This document shows, one piece after another, positions 17,415-29,665 of a stretch of DNA of 32,000 nucleotides. A program made the position numbers and the translations under genes. A model generated the notes under the pieces. It did not search any database. It saw nothing but the letters and a program-made list of their open reading frames with translations, and had not been told where the DNA came from. The number at the start of each line of letters is the position of its first letter. Position 1 is the stretch's first letter. Source of the DNA: an uncultured Alphaproteobacteria bacterium (GTDB lineage: Bacteria; Pseudomonadota; Alphaproteobacteria; Rs-D84; CACZYB01); the NCBI GenBank assembly GCA_934246625.1, contig CAKQHZ010000001.1, positions 510,001 through 542,000 of the forward strand, read 5' to 3'.

Positions 17415-17767
17415 TTTTACCTCTTTTTAATTGTATTTGAGTATGATAATAAATTTTAATATCAGAGTCAAAGAGTTTTTAATTTTTAATACAATGACTT
17501 AAACAGGAATTTATCTTTTATATTTATGTTTAGTCTTTTTATTGAATTAGTTGGATATTAGAGAAAAAGAATAAAAAAGTCCATAGTTTTTTGTTGAAAA
17601 ATGACTCAAATAGAGTCTTTGCCTTATGTTTTTGATTGAAATTGAAAAAAAAATTGTGTATATTATGGGAGCTTTTAAAAAATGCTTGATTTTACTAAGG
17701 ATTTTGGTGTAGACTCTTTCTACTTATCTAGTTTGGGTTTATACTTATTCGGTAAATTCAAATATTT

Positions 17768-17843
17768 AGGGGTATAGCTCAGCTGGTAGAGTACTGGTCT
17801 CCAAAACCAGGTGTCGAGGGTTCGAATCCTTCTGCCCCTGCCA
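17768..17843 (+). tRNA. trnW: tRNA-Trp (anticodon CCA), 3' CCA encoded
   Basis: Cloverleaf folded by hand. The acceptor stem is AGGGGTA/TGCCCCT and the D arm is GCTC..GAGT. The anticodon stem CTGGT/ACCAG encloses loop CTCCAAA. The T arm is GAGGG-TTCGAAT-CCTTC. Its position upstream of secE is classical. Confidence 0.93.
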
Positions 17844-17965
17844 TAAAATTAAGGAAAAACCTTAGTTTTATGGAATTTTGGAACATAAACGAATCGGAAA
17901 AGATTCTTTATAAAATTATGTGTTGAGCGAATCGGCATATTAAAAAAACAAAGTGAGGTTGAAGA

Positions 17966-18154
17966 ATGTTTGGTAAAATTGTTAATTTTTTTGAACAAGT
18001 GAAGCAAGAAATCTCTAAGGTTATCTGGCCTACTAAACGTGAAACTGTATCTTCAGCTATTATGATTTTTGTATTTTCTATTGTATTTGCTTTGTTTTTC
18101 TTTCTTGTAGATAGATTTTTTATGTGGTTAATGAGTTTTGTTTTTAACTTTTAA
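17966..18154 (+). CDS. secE: preprotein translocase subunit SecE
   Basis: 62 aa with SD GAGG upstream. It has the motif E..KV.WP...E followed by a single TM. Synteny with nusG supports the call. Confidence 0.9.
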   Translation: MFGKIVNFFEQVKQEISKVIWPTKRETVSSAIMIFVFSIVFALFFFLVDRFFMWLMSFVFNF

Positions 18155-18174
18155 TAAAATTAAAGGATAGGATT

Positions 18175-18747
18175 ATGGATATAAAAGAACAAAAAACAGT
18201 TGAACAAGTTAAAAATGATAATGCTAGATGGTATGTTGTTTATGTACACTCTGGTTGTGAAAAGGCTGTTGTTAAACGTTTAGAAGAAAAAATTAAAAAA
18301 CAAAAAATGGAAGATTCTTTTGTGGAAATCCTTATCCCTACACAAGAATCAACTGAAATTAAACAAGGTAAAAAAGTTAAAGTTGAAAAGAAATTCTTCC
18401 CTGGATATGTGCTTATCCGTATGGTTATGAATGATGATACTTGGCATATGGTTCGTGATATTCCTCTTGTATCCGGATTTTTGGGTTCAAGAACAAAACC
18501 ATCTCCTGTAAGTGAAAAAGATGCTGAAAATCTTATTCATAGACTTGAAAATGTTGAAGATAGTTTTGTTTCAGATATTAAATTTGAAGCAGGTGAACAA
18601 GTTAAAGTTTGTGAAGGTCCTTTTGCATCATTTAATGGTGTTATTGAAAAGGTTGATGATGAAAAACAAAGACTTAAAGTTTCTGTATCAATCTTTGGAA
18701 GACCTACACAAGTTGATTTGGAATATAACCAAGTTGAAAAATTATAA
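18175..18747 (+). CDS. nusG: transcription termination/antitermination factor NusG
   Basis: 190 aa. The NGN domain has WYVV..HSG.E and FPGYVLI. The C-terminal KOW has G..V.V..GPF..F.G. Confidence 0.95.
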   Translation: MDIKEQKTVEQVKNDNARWYVVYVHSGCEKAVVKRLEEKIKKQKMEDSFVEILIPTQESTEIKQGKKVKVEKKFFPGYVLIRMVMNDDTWHMVRDIPLVSGFLGSRTKPSPVSEKDAENLIHRLENVEDSFVSDIKFEAGEQVKVCEGPFASFNGVIEKVDDEKQRLKVSVSIFGRPTQVDLEYNQVEKL

Positions 18748-18753
18748 AAATTT

Positions 18754-18807
18754 TAACAGGGGTTCCTGTTAATTAACTGGTAGTAGGTTTGCCATAACCA
18801 AACTACC
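18754..18807 (+). promoter_or_regulatory. structured leader upstream of rplK (two hairpins; candidate L1 autoregulatory site)
   Basis: Hairpin 1 is taacagg-ggtt-cctgtta (18754-18771) and has no T-run. Hairpin 2 is ggtagt-a-ggtt-tgccat-aacc-aa-actacc (18779-18807). The function is inferred only from position in the L11-L1 operon leader. Confidence 0.3.
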
Positions 18808-18844
18808 GTTCCTAATAACAAAAACTAAACTAAAGGAGTTTAAA

Positions 18845-19285
18845 ATGGCATCTAAAAAAGAAATAGCAAAGTATGTAAAATTACAAATTGCTGCAGGCTC
18901 CGCTAATCCTTCACCTCCTGTTGGTCCAGCTCTTGGTCAAGCAGGTGTGAATATTATGGAATTCTGTAAAGCATTTAATGATAGAACAAGTAGCTTGGAA
19001 AAGGGTATTCCTTGTCCAGTTATTATTACTGTTTACAAAGATAAATCTTTTGATTTCATCGTAAAATTACCTCCAGTAAGTTTCTTAATCAAAAAAACTG
19101 CTGGTATTAAATCAGGAAGTAAAACTCCTGGTCAAGGTGCATCTGTTGGAAAACTTACAAAATCTCAAGTAAGAGAAATTGCAGAGCAAAAGATGAAAGA
19201 TATGAACTGCCATACAATCGAGGCTGCTATGTCTATGGTTGAAGGTCAATGTAAATCAATGAGTGTAGATGTAGTGGAGGGCTAA
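18845..19285 (+). CDS. rplK: 50S ribosomal protein L11
   Basis: 146 aa. It has the canonical [26 protein letters not shown]. Confidence 0.97.
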   Translation: MASKKEIAKYVKLQIAAGSANPSPPVGPALGQAGVNIMEFCKAFNDRTSSLEKGIPCPVIITVYKDKSFDFIVKLPPVSFLIKKTAGIKSGSKTPGQGASVGKLTKSQVREIAEQKMKDMNCHTIEAAMSMVEGQCKSMSVDVVEG

Positions 19286-19286
19286 A

Positions 19287-19979
19287 ATGACATTTGTATC
19301 TAAAAGAATGAAAAAAATGTATGAAGGCTTTGATAAAGAAAAATTATATACTATATCTGAAGCATTGAAAGTATTAAAAGAAAAATCAACTGTAAAGTTT
19401 GATGAAACTGTTGATATTGCTATGAATCTTGGTATTGATATAAAACAATCAGACCAAAATATTCGTGGTATGGTTTCTCTTCCAAATGGAACTGGTAAAA
19501 AATGTGTTGTAGCAGTTTTTGCTAAGGGTCCAAAAGCAACAGAAGCAAAAGAAGCTGGTGCTGATATGGTTGGTGATGATGATTTAATTGCAAGCATCTT
19601 AAAAGGTCAAATTAACTTTGACAGATGTATTGCAACTCCTGATATGATGGCATCTCTTGGTAAAGTTGCTAAAGTTTTAGGTCCAAAAGGCTTAATGCCA
19701 AATCCAAAACTTGGAACTGTAACAATGAATATTAAAGAAGCTGTTGAAAAAGCTAAAGCAGGACAAGTTGAATATCGTGCTGAAAAATCTGGTATTGTTC
19801 ATGCTGGTATGGGTAAATTGTCATTTGGCGAAGCTAAATTGGAAGAAAATGTTCGTGCATTTATTGATGTTATTGCAAAGGCAAAACCTGCTTCATCAAA
19901 AGGTACTTACATTAAAAAAATCACTCTTTCATCAACACAAGGTGTTGGTTTAAGAATAGATTTAGGCGATTTGAAATAA
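19287..19979 (+). CDS. rplA: 50S ribosomal protein L1
   Basis: 230 aa. L1 motifs are present: KFDETVD, LPNGTGK, LGPKGLMPNPK.GTVT. Confidence 0.97.
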   Translation: MTFVSKRMKKMYEGFDKEKLYTISEALKVLKEKSTVKFDETVDIAMNLGIDIKQSDQNIRGMVSLPNGTGKKCVVAVFAKGPKATEAKEAGADMVGDDDLIASILKGQINFDRCIATPDMMASLGKVAKVLGPKGLMPNPKLGTVTMNIKEAVEKAKAGQVEYRAEKSGIVHAGMGKLSFGEAKLEENVRAFIDVIAKAKPASSKGTYIKKITLSSTQGVGLRIDLGDLK

Positions 19980-19993
19980 TCGTATAAAGAATA

Positions 19994-20090
19994 CTTGTCC
20001 AAGACCGTAGGGACGAAAGTTTAAAAGGTTTTGACCTCCCTACCAAGACAAGAGAAAAATTTTTTTAAATTTTTATCTTGGGCAAGATGG
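19994..20090 (+). promoter_or_regulatory. structured rplJ leader (candidate L10-(L12)4 autoregulatory element)
   Basis: A long interrupted stem pairs cttgtc...gtaggga (19994-20013) with tccctac...gacaag (20037-20052). A palindrome atcttg-gg-caagat follows. The location, about 100 nt upstream of rplJ, matches known L10 leaders. Confidence 0.4.
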
Positions 20091-20153
20091 GTGGTTTTGA
20101 AATTAAGATGATTTCGAAACTTTATATTAACCAAGAAAAAGAAAGGTTTGTAA

Positions 20154-20636
20154 ATGAATCGTAATGATAAAAAAGATTGGATTTCAAGTTTGAATTCTTC
20201 TTTTTCTGAATCAGAATCTGTTGTTGTTGCTTCTTTTAAAGGATTAACAGTTGCAGAAATTTCTGCTTTAAGAAAAAAAGCATTGGAACAAGATGCTACA
20301 ATCAAAGTTACACAAAATAGACTTACAAAGCTTGCTTTAAACGGAACAAACTTCGAAGAACTTGCTCCTCTTTTCAAAGGTTCAACTTTGGTTGCTTACT
20401 CAAAAGACCCAGTTTCTTCTGCAAAAGTTATTTTTAACTTTGCTAAAGAAAATGATAAAGTTGAAATACTTGGTGGTGCAATGGGTAAAGAAATCTTAGA
20501 TGTTGCTGGCGTTAAAAGTATTGCTATGCTTCCATCTCTTGATGAATCCCGTGCAAAGATTTGTGCAGTTATCAATACACCTGCTGGAAATCTTGCAAGA
20601 GTTTTCAAGGCTTATTCTGAAAAAGAAGCGGCTTAA
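20154..20636 (+). CDS. rplJ: 50S ribosomal protein L10
   Basis: 160 aa. L10 pattern: K...V..L......S..VVVA.F.GLTV.E...LR. Confidence 0.95.
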   Translation: MNRNDKKDWISSLNSSFSESESVVVASFKGLTVAEISALRKKALEQDATIKVTQNRLTKLALNGTNFEELAPLFKGSTLVAYSKDPVSSAKVIFNFAKENDKVEILGGAMGKEILDVAGVKSIAMLPSLDESRAKICAVINTPAGNLARVFKAYSEKEAA

Positions 20637-20684
20637 TAACCAAATAATAATAACCATTTAAAAAAGATAAAAAGGATTAAAAAA

Positions 20685-21053
20685 ATGGCAGATTTAGAAA
20701 AATTAGTTGAAGAACTTTCAAAATTAACAGTTATGGAAGCTGCTGAGCTTTCAAAAAAATTAGAAGAAACTTGGGGTGTATCAGCAGCAGCTCCTGTTGT
20801 AATGGCAGGTGGTGCAGCAGCTGGTGCAGCAGCAGAAGAAAAAACAGAATTTAACGTTGTTTTAGCTTCAGCTGGTGGCAACAAAATCGCAGTTATTAAA
20901 GAAGTTCGTGAAATCACAGGACTTGGTTTAAAAGATGCTAAAGATTTAGTTGATGGTGCTCCAAAGACAATCAAAGAAAACGTTGGTAAAGCAGCTGCTG
21001 AAGAAATGAAAGCAAAATTAGAAGCTGCTGGTGCAACTGTTGAACTTAAATAA
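20685..21053 (+). CDS. rplL: 50S ribosomal protein L7/L12
   Basis: 122 aa. It has an Ala/Gly hinge and a C-terminal domain with [21 protein letters not shown]...P. Confidence 0.97.
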   Translation: MADLEKLVEELSKLTVMEAAELSKKLEETWGVSAAAPVVMAGGAAAGAAAEEKTEFNVVLASAGGNKIAVIKEVREITGLGLKDAKDLVDGAPKTIKENVGKAAAEEMKAKLEAAGATVELK

Positions 21054-21072
21054 GTTCTTATAAATTATTGGT

Positions 21073-21104
21073 GGAGGTAGAAGATTAGCTTTTCTTCTTC
21101 CTCC
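21073..21104 (+). terminator. rplL-rpoB intergenic hairpin (partial terminator / attenuator)
   Basis: 12-bp stem with one mismatch, ggaggtagaaga / tcttcttcctcc, and an 8-nt loop. Only a weak U-run follows. This fits the read-through attenuator known at this junction in E. coli. Confidence 0.5.
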
Positions 21105-21214
21105 CTTTCGGATTCTTAGCCGACTGTAGTATTAAAAAAGCAAAAAAGTTAATTTGACTTTAAAAAGATGATAAACTTTTAAGGTTCAAGCCCAAAACAA
21201 AAAAGGATAAAAAT

Positions 21215-24200
21215 ATGTTTAATGCTTATAAACGAATCAGAAAAGACTTTGGTAAAATTAAGGCTCCGATTGATGTTCCAAATCTTATTAAAATTCAAGA
21301 AGAATCTTATAAAAGTTTCCTTCAATTAGAAGAAAAACCTGAAGAAAGAAAAGATGTTGGTATCCAAGCTGTATTCAAATCTGTATTCCCTATACATGAT
21401 TTTTCAGGACTTGTTGATCTTGAATTCGTAAAATACGAGTTTGATACTCCTAAATATGACGCAGAAGAATGTCTTCGTCGTGGTTTGACATTTGCTGCTC
21501 CTCTTCGTGTTACTTTGAGACTTATTATATGGGATATAGATGAAGAGGGTAAAAAGACTATTAAAGATGTAAAAGAACAAGAAATATTTATGGGTGAAGT
21601 TCCTTTGATGACTGATAAGGGAACATTGATATTTAACGGCACAGAACGAGTATTCGTTTCTCAAATGCAACGTTCACCTGGTGCTTTCTTTACACATGAT
21701 GAAGGTAAAACTCATGCTAGTGGAAAGCTTTTATTTAGTGCAAAAATTATTCCATCTCGTGGTTTCTGGTTGGATTTTGAATTCGATGCTAAAGATATTC
21801 TTTATGTAAGAATTGATAAAAAACGTAAAATACCTGTTACTTCATTATTATCTGCTTTCTATAATGATGAAACTCAAATGGCTGTTGAAAAAGCTATTGC
21901 AGAAGGTAAAAATCCAGATGAAATCGAAAAAGTTGGTATGTCATCAAATGAAATACTTAAACTTTTCTATAACGAAGAAAAACTTACAAAATTTAAAAAT
22001 GGTTGGAAGAAACCTTTTAATGCTTCTTTGATTACAAAAAGCGTTAAATTTTCTTATGACTTAGTTGATGCAAAAAATGGCGAAGTTGTTCTTGCTATGG
22101 GTTCAAAACTTTCACCAAGAAATGCTAAAAAATTAGCAGAAGGTGGTTTGACAGACCTTTATATTACAGATGAACAACTTGCAGAAGCTGGACTTTTCTT
22201 GTCTGATGATGTTTTGGATATGGAAACATACGAAGTTATTGCAGAAGCAGGTCAAGAAATTGATGCCGAAGTTATTTCAAAATTCGAAGATGCAAAAATT
22301 AAAGAAATCCCAGTTCTTTATATTGATAATGTAACTGTTGGTCCACATATCAGAAATACTTTGATTGTTGATAAAAATAAAACTCGTGAAGAAGCATTGT
22401 TTGATATTTATCAAGTTATGCGTCCTGGTGAACCACCTACAGTATCATCTGCAGAAAGTATGTTCTTTAAGATGTTCTTTGATAAAGATTTTTATGATTT
22501 ATCATCTGTTGGTAGATTTAAGTTGAATACAAGACTTGATATTTCATTTGAAGATGCTCCTGAGAATTTAACAATTCTTCGTCGTGATGATGTTATTAAA
22601 GTAATTAAATACTTGGTTGATTTAAGAGATGGTAAAGGTGAAATCGATGATATTGATAACCTTTCAAACAGACGTATTCGTGCGGTTGGTGAACTTCTTG
22701 AAAATCAATACAGAATTGGTATTGTAAGAATGGAAAGAGCAATCAAAGAAAAGATGTCTTCTGCTCAAATCGATTCTGTGATGCCACAAGATTTAGTTAA
22801 TGCAAGACCTGTTCTTTCTGCTGTGAAAGAATTCTTGGGTTCTTCTCAATTATCACAATTTATGGATCAAAACAATCCTCTTTCTGAAATTACACATAAA
22901 AGAAGATTGTCTGCTCTTGGACCTGGTGGTTTGACAAGAGAACGTGCAGGTTTCGAAGTTCGAGATGTGCACCCAACTCATTATGGACGTATTTGTCCTA
23001 TTGAAACTCCAGAAGGTCAAAACATTGGTCTTATCAACTCATTGGCATCTTATGCAGTGATAAATAAATATGGTTTCATTGAAACACCATACAGAAAAGT
23101 TATTGATGGTAAAGTTACAGATGAAATTATTTATGTTTCTGCTATGGAAGAAAATAAATATATTATTGCCCAAGCAAACTCTGTTTTAAACAAAGATGGA
23201 AGTTTCGCAGAAGATTTGGTAAGTTGCCGTAAAAATGGTGAATTCGTTTTACTTCCAGCAAGTGAAATTACTTTGATGGACGTATCTCCAAAGCAACTTG
23301 TTTCTGTAGCAGCAGCGTTGATTCCTTTCCTTGAAAACGATGATGCTAACCGTGCTTTGATGGGTTCAAACATGCAACGTCAAGCTGTGCCTCTTATAAA
23401 GTCAGAAGCTCCTTTCGTTGGAACTGGTATGGAATATCGTGTTGCAACTGACTCTAAGGCTACTATACAAGCTGAAAACGATGGTGTTGTTACTCAAGTT
23501 GATGGTTCAAGAATCGTTATTCAAGCAACTGGTAAAAAGTCAAAATCAGCTACTGGTGTTGATATTTACAGACTTCAAAAGTATGCTAGATCTAACCAAG
23601 ATACTTGTATTAACCAAAAGCCGATTGTTAATGTTGGCGATAAAGTTAAAGCAGGTGATATTATTGCTGATGGTCCATGTACAGATATGGGTGAATTAGC
23701 TCTTGGTAGAAACGTTCGTGTTGCATTTATGCCATGGCAAGGTTATAACTACGAAGATGCTGTTGTTATCAGTGAAAAAATCGTAAAAGATGATGTGTTC
23801 ACTTCTGTTCATATTTCTGAATTTGAAGAAACTGCACGTGATACAAAGTTGGGTCCAGAAGAAATTACTCGTGATATTCCAAATGTTGGTGCCGAAGCAT
23901 TAAAGAATTTGGACGAAACTGGTGTTATTCATATTGGTGCTCATGTTAAAGCTGGCGATATTTTGGTTGGTAAAGTTACACCAAAGGGTGAAACTCCTGT
24001 TACCCCAGAAGAAAAACTTCTTCGTGCAATATTTGGTGAAAAGGCAACTGAAGTTCGTGATACATCTTTGAGAGTTCCACCTGGAACAGAAGGAACAGTT
24101 CTTGATGTAAGAATGTTCTTCCGTCGTGGTATTCAAAAAGATGAACGTGCTTTGTCTATTGAATATATGGAAATTGAAAAACTTAACAAAGATAGAAATG

Positions 24201-25387
24201 ATGAAAAGCAAATTTTGGAAGTTGGCTTCAATGAAAAGTTAAAAACTTTCCTTGATGGTAAAGTTGTTGCAGAAGCTCCTAAAGATGTTGCATCAAAGGG
24301 TGCTACTTTGAAGGCTTCTGAATTGGCTGGTATTCCATCTTCTAAACTTGAAAAAATCAAACTTGATAATGAAAAATCTCAAGAAGCATTTGTTTCAATG
24401 ATTTCTGAATTTGAAGAAGTTTTGAAAAAAACAGATGCAAAGTTTGATGACAAGATTGAAAAAGTTAAACAAGGTAATGACTTGCTTCCTGGTGTATTAA
24501 AGGTTGTTAAGGTATTTATCGCTGTTAAAAGAAAACTTCAAATCGGTGATAAGATGGCTGGTCGTCATGGAAATAAGGGTATTGTTTCACGTGTTGTTCC
24601 AGTTGAAGATATGCCTTATCAAGCAAATGGTGAACCTGTTGATATCGTTCTTAATCCTCTTGGTGTGCCAAGTCGTATGAATGTTGGTCAGATTTTGGAA
24701 ACTCACCTTGGTTGGGCTGCAAAGGGTCTTGGCGTTCAAATCGGTGAAATGATGGAACGTGTATATAAGAAGGAACTTAATGTTTCTGATATCCGTAATA
24801 AGTTAGAAAGAATCTATGGTAAAGAAATTTATGATAGAGAACTTAAAGACTTTACAGATGAAGAAATTAAATCTTTTGCAAATTCAATTTCAAATGGTGT
24901 TCCTATGTCAACCCCTGTATTTGATGGTGCAAAAGAAGCCGATATTTCTAGATTATTAGAAGAGGCTGGTCTTGATAGTTCTGGTCAAGTTGAACTTTAC
25001 AATGGTGAAACTGGTGAAAAGTTTGATTGTCCTGTAACTGTTGGTTATATGTATTACCTTAAACTCCATCACTTAGTTGATGAAAAAATCCATGCTCGTT
25101 CAGTTGGACCTTACTCTTTGGTTACACAACAACCATTAGGTGGTAAAGCTCAATTCGGTGGTCAAAGATTTGGTGAAATGGAAGTTTGGGCATTGGAAGC
25201 ATTCGGTGCTGCATATACTTTACAAGAAATGTTAACAGTTAAGTCTGATGACGTATCTGGAAGAACAAAAGTCTATGAATCTATTGTTCGTGGAAACTAT
25301 GACTTTGAATACGGAACACCAGAAAGCTTTAATGTTTTGGTTAAAGAAATCAAATCACTTGGTCTTAACTTGGAAATGAAAAAATAA
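21215..25387 (+). CDS. rpoB: DNA-directed RNA polymerase subunit beta
   Basis: 1390 aa. All conserved blocks are present, for example [20 protein letters not shown] and [16 protein letters not shown]. Confidence 0.99.
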   Translation: MFNAYKRIRKDFGKIKAPIDVPNLIKIQEESYKSFLQLEEKPEERKDVGIQAVFKSVFPIHDFSGLVDLEFVKYEFDTPKYDAEECLRRGLTFAAPLRVTLRLIIWDIDEEGKKTIKDVKEQEIFMGEVPLMTDKGTLIFNGTERVFVSQMQRSPGAFFTHDEGKTHASGKLLFSAKIIPSRGFWLDFEFDAKDILYVRIDKKRKIPVTSLLSAFYNDETQMAVEKAIAEGKNPDEIEKVGMSSNEILKLFYNEEKLTKFKNGWKKPFNASLITKSVKFSYDLVDAKNGEVVLAMGSKLSPRNAKKLAEGGLTDLYITDEQLAEAGLFLSDDVLDMETYEVIAEAGQEIDAEVISKFEDAKIKEIPVLYIDNVTVGPHIRNTLIVDKNKTREEALFDIYQVMRPGEPPTVSSAESMFFKMFFDKDFYDLSSVGRFKLNTRLDISFEDAPENLTILRRDDVIKVIKYLVDLRDGKGEIDDIDNLSNRRIRAVGELLENQYRIGIVRMERAIKEKMSSAQIDSVMPQDLVNARPVLSAVKEFLGSSQLSQFMDQNNPLSEITHKRRLSALGPGGLTRERAGFEVRDVHPTHYGRICPIETPEGQNIGLINSLASYAVINKYGFIETPYRKVIDGKVTDEIIYVSAMEENKYIIAQANSVLNKDGSFAEDLVSCRKNGEFVLLPASEITLMDVSPKQLVSVAAALIPFLENDDANRALMGSNMQRQAVPLIKSEAPFVGTGMEYRVATDSKATIQAENDGVVTQVDGSRIVIQATGKKSKSATGVDIYRLQKYARSNQDTCINQKPIVNVGDKVKAGDIIADGPCTDMGELALGRNVRVAFMPWQGYNYEDAVVISEKIVKDDVFTSVHISEFEETARDTKLGPEEITRDIPNVGAEALKNLDETGVIHIGAHVKAGDILVGKVTPKGETPVTPEEKLLRAIFGEKATEVRDTSLRVPPGTEGTVLDVRMFFRRGIQKDERALSIEYMEIEKLNKDRNDEKQILEVGFNEKLKTFLDGKVVAEAPKDVASKGATLKASELAGIPSSKLEKIKLDNEKSQEAFVSMISEFEEVLKKTDAKFDDKIEKVKQGNDLLPGVLKVVKVFIAVKRKLQIGDKMAGRHGNKGIVSRVVPVEDMPYQANGEPVDIVLNPLGVPSRMNVGQILETHLGWAAKGLGVQIGEMMERVYKKELNVSDIRNKLERIYGKEIYDRELKDFTDEEIKSFANSISNGVPMSTPVFDGAKEADISRLLEEAGLDSSGQVELYNGETGEKFDCPVTVGYMYYLKLHHLVDEKIHARSVGPYSLVTQQPLGGKAQFGGQRFGEMEVWALEAFGAAYTLQEMLTVKSDDVSGRTKVYESIVRGNYDFEYGTPESFNVLVKEIKSLGLNLEMKK

Positions 25388-25405
25388 TAAATAGGAGAAG
25401 TTATA

Positions 25406-28400
25406 ATGAATAATGAAATTCAAAAAGTTTTTACAAATGTAGTTCCGGAAGATAGTTTTTCTAAACTTAAAATTTCCGTTGCATCTCCTGAACAAATCCG
25501 TTCTTGGTCTTATGGTGAAGTTAAAAAAACTGAAACTATAAACTACAGAACTTTTAAACCTGAAAAGGACGGACTTTTTTGTGCTAAGATATTTGGACCA
25601 GTTAAAGATTACGAATGTCTTTGTGGTAAATATAAACGCATTAAATATCGTGGCGTAATTTGTGAAAAGTGTGGTGTTGAAGTTACACTTTCAAAAGTTC
25701 GTCGTGAAAGAATGGGACATATTGAACTTGCTTCTCCTGTGGCTCATATTTGGTTTTTGAAATCACTTCCATCAAAAATGGGTGTGCTTTTGGATATGCC
25801 ACTTAAGAAATTGGAAAAAGTTCTTTATTTCGATAACTATATCGTTATTGAACCAGGTCTTACACCTCTTAAAATGCACGAACTTTTAACTGAAGATGAT
25901 TATCAACGCTATATTGAAGAATATGGTCAAGATAGTTTCCGTGCAGGTATTGGTGCCGAAGCATTGAAAGAAATGCTTGCATCTGTTGATTTGAAAGAGG
26001 AAGCAGAAAAACTTCGTTTAGAACTTAAAGATATGAAGTTTGAAATGGCTCGTAAAAAAGTTATTCAAAGACTTAAAATCATCGAAGCATTTTTGGAATC
26101 AGGTTCAAAACCAGAATGGATGATTATGGACGTTATTCCAGTTATTCCACCTGAACTTCGTCCACTTGTTGCTCTTGATGGTGGAAGATTTGCAACTGCT
26201 GATTTGAATGACTTATATAGACGTGTTATTAACAGAAATAATCGTTTGAAAAGATTGATGGAACTTAAGGCTCCTGAAATTATTATCAGAAATGAAAAGA
26301 GAATGCTTCAAGAAGCTGTTGATAGTTTGTTTGATAATTCTCGTAGACCAAGACCAGTTGTTGCAAGCAACCGTCGTCCTTTGAAATCATTGGCTGATAT
26401 GCTTAAAGGTAAGTCAGGTCGTTTCCGTCAAAACCTTCTTGGAAAACGTGTTGATTATTCTGGTCGTTCAGTTATCGTTTCTGGTCCTATGTTGAAATTA
26501 CATCAATGTGGTCTTCCTAAACGTATGGCTCTTGAATTATTTAAACCATTTATTTATTCAAAGCTAGAATTTTATGGACACGCAAATACAATTAAATCTG
26601 CAAAGAAAATGGTTGATAAGGAACTTCCTATTGTATGGGATATTTTGGAAGAAGTTATTAAAGAACACCCAGTTCTTTTGAACCGTGCTCCTTCTCTTCA
26701 TAGACTTTCTATACAAGCATTTGAACCAGTTCTTATTGAAGGTAAAGCTATTAGACTTCATCCACTTGTTTGTACAGCTTTCAATGCTGACTTTGATGGT
26801 GACCAAATGGCTGTTCACGTTCCACTTTCTTTGGAAGCTCAACTTGAAGCTCGTGTTTTGATGATGTCAACAAACAACATCTTACACCCAGCTAATGGTA
26901 AACCTATTATTACACCTAACCAAGATATTGTCCTTGGTATTTACTATATGTCTATTGAAATAGAAAAGGCAAAAGGTGAAGGTATGGTTTTGGGTTCTTT
27001 AGATGAAATTAAACTTGCTCTTGCATCTAAAAAACTTGATATGCATGCAAAAATTAAAGCAAGAATCCAAGTTGTGAATGAGAATGGTGAGTTGGAATCC
27101 AAAGTTGTTGATACTACTGCTGGTAGAGTTTTGATTTACGAAATTGTTCCAAAGGCAAAAGGTGTTTCTTTTGATTTAGTTAATCAACAAATGACAAAGA
27201 AAAAGATTGGTGAACTTTTTGGTGCAATTTATAAATATTGTGGTCAAAAGGAAACAGTTATCTTTGCTGATAAAATTATGGATCTTGGTTATAAAAACGC
27301 TATGTATTCTGGTATTTCATTTGGTAAAGATAATATCGTTGTTCCAGATAGTAAGAAAAAACTTATTGAAGATACAGAAAAGAAAGTTATTGAATATGAA
27401 AAACAATATCAAGACGGTCTTATCACTTCAAAAGAAAAATACAATAAGGTTGTTGATGCTTGGGCAAATTGTTCCGAAGTTGTTGCTAATGAAATGATGA
27501 AAGTTCTTTCAAAGCAAGAAGATGGAAAACCACAAAATCCTATTTATATGATGGCAAATTCTGGTGCCCGTGGTTCTAAAGCTCAGGTTAAACAGCTTGC
27601 TGGTATGCGTGGTTTGATGGCTAAACCTAATGGTGAAATTATTGAAACACCTATTATTTCAAACTTTAAGGAAGGTTTGACTGTGGCTGAATACTTTAAT
27701 TCAACTCACGGTGCTCGTAAAGGTTTGGCTGATACTGCTCTTAAAACTGCTAATGCTGGTTATTTGACAAGAAGATTGGTTGATGTTTCTCAAGATGCAA
27801 TCATTACAATGGAAGATTGTGGAACAGAACGTTCTATCTCAGTTTCTGCTGTTGTTGATGGTGGTAATGTTGTTGAATCATTGGCAGAAAGAATCCTTGG
27901 TCGTGTGGCTGCTGAAGATATTATGACACACAATGGCGAATTGATTGTTTCTAAAAATAATCAAATTACAGAAGAAGATATTGAAAAAATTGAAGCCGCT
28001 GGTATTGAATCAGTAAAAATCCGTTCAGTGTTAACTTGTGAAGCAAAACATGGTATTTGCACAAAGTGTTATGGTCGCGATTTGGCTCGTGGAAATATGG
28101 TTAATGTTGGTGAAGCAGTTGGTATTATCGCTGCACAATCAATTGGTGAACCTGGAACACAGCTTACTATGAGAACTTTCCATATTGGTGGTGCTGCTCA
28201 AAAGGGTGTTGAAAAATCATCTATTGAATCTCCATACGATGCAACTGTAAAGTATGAAAATACATCTTATGTGAAGAATTCTGCTGATGAAAATATTGTT
28301 ATGACACGTAATGCAGAACTTATCTTCGTTGATTCAACTGGTAAAGAAATTAGCCGTCAAAAGGTGCCTTATGGTTCAAAGATTTATGCTCTTGAAGGCG

Positions 28401-29578
28401 ATAAGGTTTCAAAAGGTCAAAAGGTTGTTGAATGGAACCCTTACATCAGACCTATTATCACAGAAGTTTCAGGAAAACTTAACTTCGTTGATTTGATTGA
28501 TGGTGTTTCAGTTTCTGAAGTAAAAGATGAAGCAACTGGTATTTCATCAAAAGTTGTTGTTGATTGGAAAACTGGTCTAAAGAAGAAAGATTTGAATCCA
28601 TCTATCTATATACTTGATGAAAAGGGAAATACTTTGGTTCTTCCTACTGGTTCTTCTGCAAGATATATTATTTCAACAGGCACAGTTATTTCATCAAACA
28701 ATGGTGATGAAGTAAAAGCTGGTGATATTATTGCTTATATTCCTCGTGAAGATAGTAAGACAAAAGATATTACTGGTGGTCTTCCACGTGTTGCTGAACT
28801 TTTCGAAGCAAGAAGACCAAAAGATGCTGCTATTATCGCTGAAAAAGATGGAACTATTACATTTAAAGAAGATTACAAATCTAAATATAAAATTGCGATT
28901 GTTCCAAATGATGGAAGTGAAGAAGTTGAATATCTTATTTCAAAAACAACAGCTCTTAATGTTCAAGATGGTGATATTGTTAAGAAGGGTGATAAAATTA
29001 CTGAAGGTAAGATTGCTCCTCATGATATATTACGTATTTTTGGTGTTGAAGAATTGGCTAAATACCTTGTTAGTGAAATCCAAGGTGTTTATAGACTTCA
29101 AGGTGTGGAAATCAATGATAAGCACATAGAAGTGATTGTTCGCCAAATGCTTCGCAAGAACGAAATTATAGATGCTGGTGCAACTACATTTGTTAATGGC
29201 GAATATGTTGATGAAGAAGATTTGATTGAAGAAAACAAGAAGGCTGTTGAAGTAGGTGGAAAACCTGCTACTGCAAGACCTTATCTCCTTGGTATTACAA
29301 AGGCAAGTTTGCAAACTCGATCATTTATTTCTGCTGCATCTTTCCAAGAAACCACAAAAGTTCTTATCGAATCAGCTATTGCTGGTAAGGAAGATATGTT
29401 GACTGGTTTGAAGGAAAATGTTATCGTTGGAAGACTTATTCCTGCGGGAACTGGTGCTTATATCAACAGAATTAAAGCTATTGCAAAAGCTCAGGATCAA
29501 GAATTGGAAGCAGAAAAAGCTGATGAACTTAATAAAAAGCAAGATTCTGCTGACTTGACTCTTCCTGGTATTGCATAA
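25406..29578 (+). CDS. rpoC: DNA-directed RNA polymerase subunit beta'
   Basis: 1390 aa. It has the zinc-binding CLCGKYK...CEKCGVEV. The catalytic motif [12 protein letters not shown] is present. Confidence 0.99.
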   Translation: MNNEIQKVFTNVVPEDSFSKLKISVASPEQIRSWSYGEVKKTETINYRTFKPEKDGLFCAKIFGPVKDYECLCGKYKRIKYRGVICEKCGVEVTLSKVRRERMGHIELASPVAHIWFLKSLPSKMGVLLDMPLKKLEKVLYFDNYIVIEPGLTPLKMHELLTEDDYQRYIEEYGQDSFRAGIGAEALKEMLASVDLKEEAEKLRLELKDMKFEMARKKVIQRLKIIEAFLESGSKPEWMIMDVIPVIPPELRPLVALDGGRFATADLNDLYRRVINRNNRLKRLMELKAPEIIIRNEKRMLQEAVDSLFDNSRRPRPVVASNRRPLKSLADMLKGKSGRFRQNLLGKRVDYSGRSVIVSGPMLKLHQCGLPKRMALELFKPFIYSKLEFYGHANTIKSAKKMVDKELPIVWDILEEVIKEHPVLLNRAPSLHRLSIQAFEPVLIEGKAIRLHPLVCTAFNADFDGDQMAVHVPLSLEAQLEARVLMMSTNNILHPANGKPIITPNQDIVLGIYYMSIEIEKAKGEGMVLGSLDEIKLALASKKLDMHAKIKARIQVVNENGELESKVVDTTAGRVLIYEIVPKAKGVSFDLVNQQMTKKKIGELFGAIYKYCGQKETVIFADKIMDLGYKNAMYSGISFGKDNIVVPDSKKKLIEDTEKKVIEYEKQYQDGLITSKEKYNKVVDAWANCSEVVANEMMKVLSKQEDGKPQNPIYMMANSGARGSKAQVKQLAGMRGLMAKPNGEIIETPIISNFKEGLTVAEYFNSTHGARKGLADTALKTANAGYLTRRLVDVSQDAIITMEDCGTERSISVSAVVDGGNVVESLAERILGRVAAEDIMTHNGELIVSKNNQITEEDIEKIEAAGIESVKIRSVLTCEAKHGICTKCYGRDLARGNMVNVGEAVGIIAAQSIGEPGTQLTMRTFHIGGAAQKGVEKSSIESPYDATVKYENTSYVKNSADENIVMTRNAELIFVDSTGKEISRQKVPYGSKIYALEGDKVSKGQKVVEWNPYIRPIITEVSGKLNFVDLIDGVSVSEVKDEATGISSKVVVDWKTGLKKKDLNPSIYILDEKGNTLVLPTGSSARYIISTGTVISSNNGDEVKAGDIIAYIPREDSKTKDITGGLPRVAELFEARRPKDAAIIAEKDGTITFKEDYKSKYKIAIVPNDGSEEVEYLISKTTALNVQDGDIVKKGDKITEGKIAPHDILRIFGVEELAKYLVSEIQGVYRLQGVEINDKHIEVIVRQMLRKNEIIDAGATTFVNGEYVDEEDLIEENKKAVEVGGKPATARPYLLGITKASLQTRSFISAASFQETTKVLIESAIAGKEDMLTGLKENVIVGRLIPAGTGAYINRIKAIAKAQDQELEAEKADELNKKQDSADLTLPGIA

Positions 29579-29602
29579 TATCTTGAAAGAAAGTATTTAA
29601 AA

Positions 29603-29630
29603 AAGGAAGGTTTGATGGCCTTCCTTTTTT
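29603..29630 (+). terminator. rho-independent terminator of the rpoBC transcript
   Basis: Perfect 8-bp stem aaggaagg / ccttcctt with an 8-nt loop, followed by TTTTTT. Confidence 0.85.
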
Positions 29631-29665
29631 GCTATTTATATTATTGTAAATTTTTAAAGTAGATA

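Noticed and set aside
17632-17670. Candidate promoter for the tRNA-Trp / secE transcript (TTGATT or TTGAAA with TATATT/TATTAT)
   Set aside because: The spacings between the possible -35 and -10 hexamers are 13 or 21 nt, not 16-18. In AT-rich DNA such hexamers occur by chance, so this is not reported as a feature.
19256-20974. Minus-strand ORFs opposite rplA, rplJ and rplL: 19256..19597, 20021..20377, 20396..20608 and 20633..20974
   Set aside because: They are antisense shadows of highly expressed ribosomal protein genes. The Ala/Ser/Thr-rich translation of 20633..20974 is simply the complement of the L7/L12 Ala/Gly hinge.
21322-29314. Many 60-135 aa ORFs inside or antisense to rpoB and rpoC, for example 21322..21642(-), 23900..24211(-), 26564..26842(-), 28722..29129(+) and 29030..29314(-)
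   Set aside because: They lie wholly within the unambiguous rpoB and rpoC reading frames. They have low-complexity, Leu/Lys/Phe-rich translations typical of off-frame AT-rich sequence, and they have no SD or start context.
21215-29578. rpoB and rpoC both predicted at exactly 1390 aa
   Set aside because: Coincidence. The two proteins are unrelated in sequence and both lengths are normal for Proteobacteria.
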